A stretch of 31,195 nt of DNA from Methanobacteriota archaeon. Lineage in GTDB: Archaea; Thermoplasmatota; Poseidoniia; Poseidoniales; Poseidoniaceae. Location: contig JABIGM010000028.1 of assembly GCA_018650165.1 (NCBI GenBank), positions 1 through 31,195 of the forward strand. The letters run 5' to 3'. Both the position numbers and the translations under genes were made by a program. Under the pieces are notes generated by a model. The model saw only the letters and a list, made by a program, of their open reading frames with translations, ran no database searches and had not been told where the DNA came from. This document shows positions 26,417 to 31,195 of this stretch, one piece after another. Position 1 is the first letter of the stretch. Every line of letters starts with the position of its first letter.

Positions 26417-27223
26417 GATATAATCGGCTAACTTAGTTCTGGCATCTTCGTCTTCAATGCCGTTTGGAGACAATAACCAGTCAAAATACCGAGGGTCTTC
26501 CTTAGCCACAGTTACTACATCCTTTCCACGATGTCTACCAAAAGCAACAATGTAAACGCCATTGTCAACACGAATTCTACCCTTTGTATCAAAGGAATCC
26601 AAGTCACTTAATGACCGGCCTAATTCACTTTCATCCTTACGCGCATCGCCATGGATTAACCATTCTTCAATTTCAATTAGTGACCGTCGAAAGCTCGAGG
26701 GATGATCACGCATTATTTTCCATAACAATAGCAAACATGCTGCAGCATCGGCGGCCGCATTATGCGCATTAGACAAATCAATTCCATGTTGGGCACACTG
26801 AGCCCCCAAATTATGAGGTCGTGAAATCTTAAGTCTTCTAACCGCTTCTAATGTATCTAGAACAACAAGTGGTTTTGGCGGTACCATTCCGCACCTGTAA
26901 TATTCATTTTCTAGCAATGGCATATCGAACCTACGCGCATTATGGCCAACGATTACAGCACCATCCATCAACTCAAACAACTCAACTGCATAGTGTTTGA
27001 ACACAGGTTCTCCCTTTACATCGGAAGCATAAATCCCATGCACTCTCGAAGCGCCCATGGGGATTGGTCTTTGTGGATTTACTAACACATCATAGTGGAC
27101 AGCACGGCCTTCTGCATCGGCGCCAATAAGAGCGATTTGTACAATGCGGTCGTTATTAGTTGAAACACCAGTCGTTTCAAGGTCGAATGCTAGGACGCGC
27201 TGCCCCTCTAGAATGTCGACCAT
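26396..27223 (-). CDS. DEDDh 3'-5' exonuclease (DnaQ/ExoX-like) with a C-terminal FGRHRG domain
   Basis: Exo I FDLETTG, IP..A..VHGI, Exo II GHNARRFD, Exo III HNAAADA; C-terminal FGRHRGK.V..V...DPRYFDWLL. Confidence 0.9.
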   Translation of the reverse strand: MVDILEGQRVLAFDLETTGVSTNNDRIVQIALIGADAEGRAVHYDVLVNPQRPIPMGASRVHGIYASDVKGEPVFKHYAVELFELMDGAVIVGHNARRFDMPLLENEYYRCGMVPPKPLVVLDTLEAVRRLKISRPHNLGAQCAQHGIDLSNAHNAAADAAACLLLLWKIMRDHPSSFRRSLIEIEEWLIHGDARKDESELGRSLSDLDSFDTKGRIRVDNGVYIVAFGRHRGKDVVTVAKEDPRYFDWLLSPNGIEDEDARTKLADYISSVRDW

Positions 27224-27299
27224 CACACATAGGCCGGCAGCCAACACACATGAACATCACTACGCAATTGCTATCACAATGGTGGAGAGAGGGAACATT

Positions 27300-27626
27300 A
27301 TGGGCATCAAAGACTGGTTTAAGAAAAAGCCGGAAACGATTGCAAAGAAGCCGAAACCTACAATCGAATTACCAGAATTAGACAAGGAGGCATTATTCGA
27401 AGAAACCCGAAAAATGTTTGACTCTGAAGAAGAGACATTGGCACCTGAAGAATTGGTTGAAACAACTCCGGAATATGATTCGGGGGATGTAGATGTAAGT
27501 GCCCTATTAGATGATGACATGGAATCAAATTACGACCTGAATACCGTTGAAGATACAGAAATTGAAGATATGTTATCCGGAGCAACAATTGTTGGAGATT
27601 TACCCGAAGAAGTCGATTTCGAATAG
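27300..27626 (+). CDS. Small hypothetical protein with a basic N-terminus and a highly acidic remainder, 108 aa
   Basis: ATG 27300 after purine-rich GGAGAGAGGG; MGIKDWFKKKPE... then Asp/Glu-rich. Confidence 0.7.
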   Translation: MGIKDWFKKKPETIAKKPKPTIELPELDKEALFEETRKMFDSEEETLAPEELVETTPEYDSGDVDVSALLDDDMESNYDLNTVEDTEIEDMLSGATIVGDLPEEVDFE

Positions 27627-27683
27627 AGCGATACCACGCATTAGAGGGACACGGTTAGATATGAAATATGTAGAGGGGCGTAT

Positions 27684-28847
27684 ATGAACACGAAGCAGGG
27701 CCTGTTGTTAGTCGCCCTGTTACTGATACAATCTCTAGCGGGTTGTACTAGTGTATTAGAAAACACAGTCAACCCTAGAGCAGTGCTAACCGCTACGCCA
27801 ACCGAGATACAAGAGGGCGAAGAAGTCACATTTGACGCGCGCGGATCAGATGCGATTGAGGGCATAATTTCTGAGTTCCAATGGGACTTTGGTGATGGAA
27901 CTAAAGCGACAACGATTGCAGGTTTCACATCACATCAATTCCTTTCTTCTGGCCAATTCAATGTACTCCTAACTGTTACTAACGACCAAGGGGGCACAGA
28001 CTCTACTAGTGTAATGGTACGTGTAAACGGCGCTCCAATCTTGAATTTATCAATTCCAGAAGATGTTCGAAGTGGAGACATTATTCTCCTAGATGCTTCT
28101 AAAACAGTAGACCCTGAAGGGGGGGAATTATCCTTCGAATGGGACTTAGATAACCTGGGGGATAGCAACGGTGACGGCGACACGCGCAATGACATAGATG
28201 CAACCGAAGCCCAAGTATACCTTCCAACAGAATCAAGCGGAACAATCCTAGGTTCATTGACAGTAGATGATAATGAAGGTGGAGTTGTAACACAGCAATT
28301 TTCTATCGAAGTTCAACCTCGCCGATACAAGGTTGACTGGGTCCAAAACACATTGCAATGGGATTATGATGATTATCTTGCACAAGGTGAAACTTGGAGC
28401 GATAATATGACTCCGGGCCTAGGGGCTAGAATAATGTCTTATGAGGCTCTTCTGGAACTCGATCAAGACCTCTTCATGCCCCCTGACAATTTCACACTAG
28501 CACTGAATATTGTTGATGATGGACACCGCCGCAGCTCTCAGACTAGTCCAGGAAATATTACAAGAAACGAACCCACTAATGCAGAAATCAATGCTAGCGA
28601 CTTGAATCCACTTGGTGAAGAAGGTGTATTTGATGCAGATAGCGCCGAGCAACTCCTAGAAGGATTGCTAAATGAGCCGGGGGCCCGTTTCGGCCAGGGA
28701 GAATGGATTTGGACTATAGTTGCCCAAAACGCTGACCCAGATTCACAAATAGAAACTGTGCCGGACCCAGATGGTGGAAACGATTGGACTCTAACCATCG
28801 TAATTACAGTATTAACTCCAGTATTGACCGAAGTCGCTTACGAATAA
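27684..28847 (+). CDS. Lipoprotein with PKD domains
   Basis: Lipobox LAGC; PKD signature VTFDARGS...FQWDFGDG...H.F...G.F.V.LTVT; second PKD-like domain LDAS.T.DP.G..L.FEWD. Confidence 0.85.
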   Translation: MNTKQGLLLVALLLIQSLAGCTSVLENTVNPRAVLTATPTEIQEGEEVTFDARGSDAIEGIISEFQWDFGDGTKATTIAGFTSHQFLSSGQFNVLLTVTNDQGGTDSTSVMVRVNGAPILNLSIPEDVRSGDIILLDASKTVDPEGGELSFEWDLDNLGDSNGDGDTRNDIDATEAQVYLPTESSGTILGSLTVDDNEGGVVTQQFSIEVQPRRYKVDWVQNTLQWDYDDYLAQGETWSDNMTPGLGARIMSYEALLELDQDLFMPPDNFTLALNIVDDGHRRSSQTSPGNITRNEPTNAEINASDLNPLGEEGVFDADSAEQLLEGLLNEPGARFGQGEWIWTIVAQNADPDSQIETVPDPDGGNDWTLTIVITVLTPVLTEVAYE

Positions 28848-28848
28848 C

Positions 28849-29202
28849 TCAGTTAAACTGAATCGGCTGAACGGTTTTCCAGTTCGCATTAGCGAGCTTC
28901 TTTGCTTTACCATCTGCAATAATTGGGTGAATATGATTTAATCTACCATGCATTCCTTGGACTCCAAATTTCACACGCAATTCGACCTGACGGTCACGCT
29001 CTGCGGCTTCCATTTGCTCTTCATCTAGTTCAACTCGAGCCATCTCTTTTCCAGTGGTTGCAGAAGAGATAGAGAAGGTATTACCACTAATCTTAGTACG
29101 TGGTTTGAAGTCCATATCATCTGGATTATTCATCCATGCTTCAATATCAATTGAAAGGTAATCGCGGATTCCGACACGCTTGATTGCGATGGTATCTACC
29201 AT
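28849..29202 (-). CDS. Hypothetical protein, 117 aa
   Basis: ATG 29202 with upstream GGAGG; fills the gap between flanking genes; no recognised motif. Confidence 0.7.
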   Translation of the reverse strand: MVDTIAIKRVGIRDYLSIDIEAWMNNPDDMDFKPRTKISGNTFSISSATTGKEMARVELDEEQMEAAERDRQVELRVKFGVQGMHGRLNHIHPIIADGKAKKLANANWKTVQPIQFN

Positions 29203-29311
29203 GTTGACCAAACCCTCCGAGAGGGCGGGGATTCAAAATCTCTCGCATTGCATTGGGGGTTGTGGGTTTCTACCCTAGTCTTTGATATGGGTTGATGGCG
29301 ATGTCCAAATT

Positions 29312-29581
29312 ATGTCACCCCCAACAATAGGTATAGGCACTCAGAAAAAAGCAAGATTACAGCGATTAAAAGATGAAGTTAAGCGCTTTGTTTTTGCGAA
29401 CCCAGGGTGTAGTGCACAAACAATAGTCGCTCACCTTTCCCATGATAAAAAGTTACGAAACCATGGATTAACTCCAAGGAAAATTGGATTTTTCATTCCA
29501 CGCCATCTTAACTCACATTTGGTTTGGTGGCAAGATCATATTGCGGGCCGTCGCGTATATGGGCCCGAGGATACAGAATAA
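29312..29581 (+). CDS. Small basic protein, possible winged-helix fold, 89 aa
   Basis: LK.EV..FV.ANPGCSA..I..HL.......LT..KIGFFI..HL...W...RVY resembles a wHTH layout. Confidence 0.65.
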   Translation: MSPPTIGIGTQKKARLQRLKDEVKRFVFANPGCSAQTIVAHLSHDKKLRNHGLTPRKIGFFIPRHLNSHLVWWQDHIAGRRVYGPEDTE

Positions 29582-29619
29582 TCGACACAGTGAAGGAGCA
29601 CCTGCGCCGCCACATCATC

Positions 29620-30282
29620 ATGGGTGGAGTTACGGCGTACTTCGATCTTGACGGCACCCTTCTTGATGCATCAAGTGAAAAAAGCCTCACTGCCCTGCTC
29701 TCTAGGCGTAGACCTTGGCGAATTCCTCTTGGAACAACAATGTGGAGTTTAGGGTTTATTGGAAATCTTCTAAGGGGCCGCTCAGTGTATGATGCTGCAA
29801 GAAATAGAGGCCATTTAGCACTGTGTAATTGGGAAACACTACGTAAATTATCAGCCGAAGTAGTCGAATCAAAACTATCAAAATTAGTATCACAAGACGC
29901 CAGAGATCGTTTGGAATGGCACCGAGAGAATGGGCACCGCCTAGTACTCATCACCGCTACAGTGATGCCGATGGCTCAAGCAATGGGCGATTATTTGGGG
30001 ATGGATGCAATTTATGGTTGTGGGCCCGAAGACATGACTGGAATCATGAGCGGTTCAGAAAAAGGCTGGAGTGTACCACGTCGTAAAGGAAAGGTACCGG
30101 TAGTTCAAGCGGATGCAGAATCGGTAGGACACGACCTAGTAGATTGCTGGGGATATGGTAATACACATGCCGACTCTTTCTTCATGTCAATTACCGGTAA
30201 TCCAGTCGCAGTTAACGCCGAAGGGGGCCTGAAATCTCTTGCAAAAGAGAAAGAGTGGGCCCAATTCGAATGGCGCGTATAG
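29620..30282 (+). CDS. HAD-superfamily subfamily IB hydrolase (SerB-like)
   Basis: Motif I FDLDGTL, H...GH.LVLITAT (motif II), K of motif III (RKGK), YGNTHAD (motif IV variant), GNPVAVN. Confidence 0.88.
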   Translation: MGGVTAYFDLDGTLLDASSEKSLTALLSRRRPWRIPLGTTMWSLGFIGNLLRGRSVYDAARNRGHLALCNWETLRKLSAEVVESKLSKLVSQDARDRLEWHRENGHRLVLITATVMPMAQAMGDYLGMDAIYGCGPEDMTGIMSGSEKGWSVPRRKGKVPVVQADAESVGHDLVDCWGYGNTHADSFFMSITGNPVAVNAEGGLKSLAKEKEWAQFEWRV

Positions 30283-30330
30283 TCTGCCCGTCGCGCTTAA
30301 ATGGGGAAGGCAGGTCGCCGAGTCTGCACT

Positions 30331-30404
30331 GGCCCCATAGTGTAGCCTGGATATCACAGTGGCTTGCGGAGCCACGAACCCGTGTTCGAATCGCGGTGGG
30401 GCCG
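30331..30404 (+). tRNA. tRNA-Arg (anticodon GCG), intronless, CCA not encoded
   Basis: Acceptor GGCCCCA/TGGGGCC, anticodon arm GTGGC-TTGCGGA-GCCAC, T arm CCGTG-TTCGAAT-CGCGG; TATA-like TTAAAT about 30 nt upstream. Confidence 0.93.
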
Positions 30405-30407
30405 CTC

Positions 30408-31025
30408 CTACTCCTCTTCATTGACGAGAGCAATTTTTGGCATTAATGCCATTCTTGCTGATGCGTTGAACAAAGGTAATGCAGCCATACATCCACAAAT
30501 CACCATACAAAAACCACAAAGATAGGCAAATATTTTTTCAACCAAAATCAATGCTGGTGGCAACATATCTTCGGACAATTGGTATGTCATCCAGTAGGAA
30601 TATACGCCTCCGATAGCGGCGATACCACTACCTAATAATGCAAATTTAGGACCATTAATATTTAATTTGAATAACAAAACCCCCCCTAATACGATCAGTA
30701 TGGACCCTACCATTACCGACCAACCGCGTAATGCATAGGCACCACCATCTCTCGCATCATCATGAAAACCTTGATACTCTTCATCAGTGACGTTTTCACC
30801 ACTGTCGCGTATCGCCGTTAGGATTTCATCTAATTCGTTTTGACTTATGTCATCAGCAAATGACAACTGTATGTAGCCATAAGAGGTCCATCCCATCGTT
30901 AGTGCACCTAGGATCAAAAGAATAGCAATAGTCTTCGGACCCTTTCTGTCGGGCCGTGGCGCGAAAAGGGCAGCAGGTGGGGCAAGCCCCTCCTCGTTTT
31001 TCATACGAATAGAAAAATCACTCAT
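30408..31025 (-). CDS. Hypothetical membrane protein (~4 TM), 205 aa
   Basis: ATG 31025 with SD GGAGG; TM segments IAILLILGALTMGW, VMVGSILIVLGGVLLF, FALLGSGIAAIGGVY, IFAYLCGFCMVICGCMAALP. Confidence 0.75.
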   Translation of the reverse strand: MSDFSIRMKNEEGLAPPAALFAPRPDRKGPKTIAILLILGALTMGWTSYGYIQLSFADDISQNELDEILTAIRDSGENVTDEEYQGFHDDARDGGAYALRGWSVMVGSILIVLGGVLLFKLNINGPKFALLGSGIAAIGGVYSYWMTYQLSEDMLPPALILVEKIFAYLCGFCMVICGCMAALPLFNASARMALMPKIALVNEEE

Positions 31026-31194
31026 CTGTACATGCCTCCAATCCTTTACGCAATTCATCAGGAATAATTTGCGAATCCATATTTATCATACTGACACAAA
31101 CAGTAACTTGCTCACTAGACCATAGAAGTTCCTTATTTTGATTATGAAATCTGTATTGCCAAGTGCAGGATTTATTTCCGACTTTTGAAATCCA
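31018..31194 (-). CDS. C-terminal part (partial) of a probable acyl-CoA thioesterase (hotdog fold, YbgC/4HBT-like); absent from the ORF track
   Basis: Hand translation WISKVGNKSCTWQYRFHNQNKELLWSSEQVTVCVSMINMDSQIIPDELRKGLEACTDE*; matches the 'V..VG.kS....Y...V.V.v.....IP..lR..L' thioesterase C-terminus; stop overlaps the next ATG (ATGAGTGA). Confidence 0.65.
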   Translation of the reverse strand, partial: WISKVGNKSCTWQYRFHNQNKELLWSSEQVTVCVSMINMDSQIIPDELRKGLEACTDE

Positions 31195-31195
31195 A

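Noticed and set aside
16845-30446. Remaining short ORFs antisense to the ABC, ligA, PAC2, nuclease, PKD, HAD and tRNA-Arg genes
   Set aside because: Overlap well-supported genes and show no independent coding signal

Overview
Gene-dense archaeal chromosome segment. The gene content points to a marine Thermoplasmatota of the Marine Group II / Ca. Poseidoniales type (inference from archaeal r-proteins L18e/L13/S9, RpoN, tRNAs without encoded CCA, and large Asp-repeat surface proteins). It holds: (i) two tandem genes with thrombospondin-type-3-like Ca-binding repeats, one a ~2,625-aa membrane-anchored giant with a cytoplasmic DUF4129-like tail; (ii) the rpl18e-rpl13-rps9-rpoN-tRNA-Pro(GGG) block; (iii) a 1,526-aa beta-helix surface protein, a coupled membrane protein and an ABC half-transporter; (iv) a DUF296/PPC protein and a bacterial-type NAD-dependent DNA ligase with a PIP-box-like tail; (v) a translationally coupled three-gene unit of two Reeler-like surface proteins with atypical Cx4CH and Cx3CH motifs plus a DUF2231-like membrane protein, the best candidate for an undescribed system; (vi) a PAC2 chaperone with an HbYX end, a Cas4/AddB-like Fe-S nuclease, a DnaQ/ExoX-like exonuclease, a PKD lipoprotein, small hypotheticals, a HAD-IB hydrolase, tRNA-Arg(GCG), a membrane protein and a partial thioesterase. 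I saw no CRISPR array, transposase or integrase. All family assignments come from motif recognition by eye; no searches were run.
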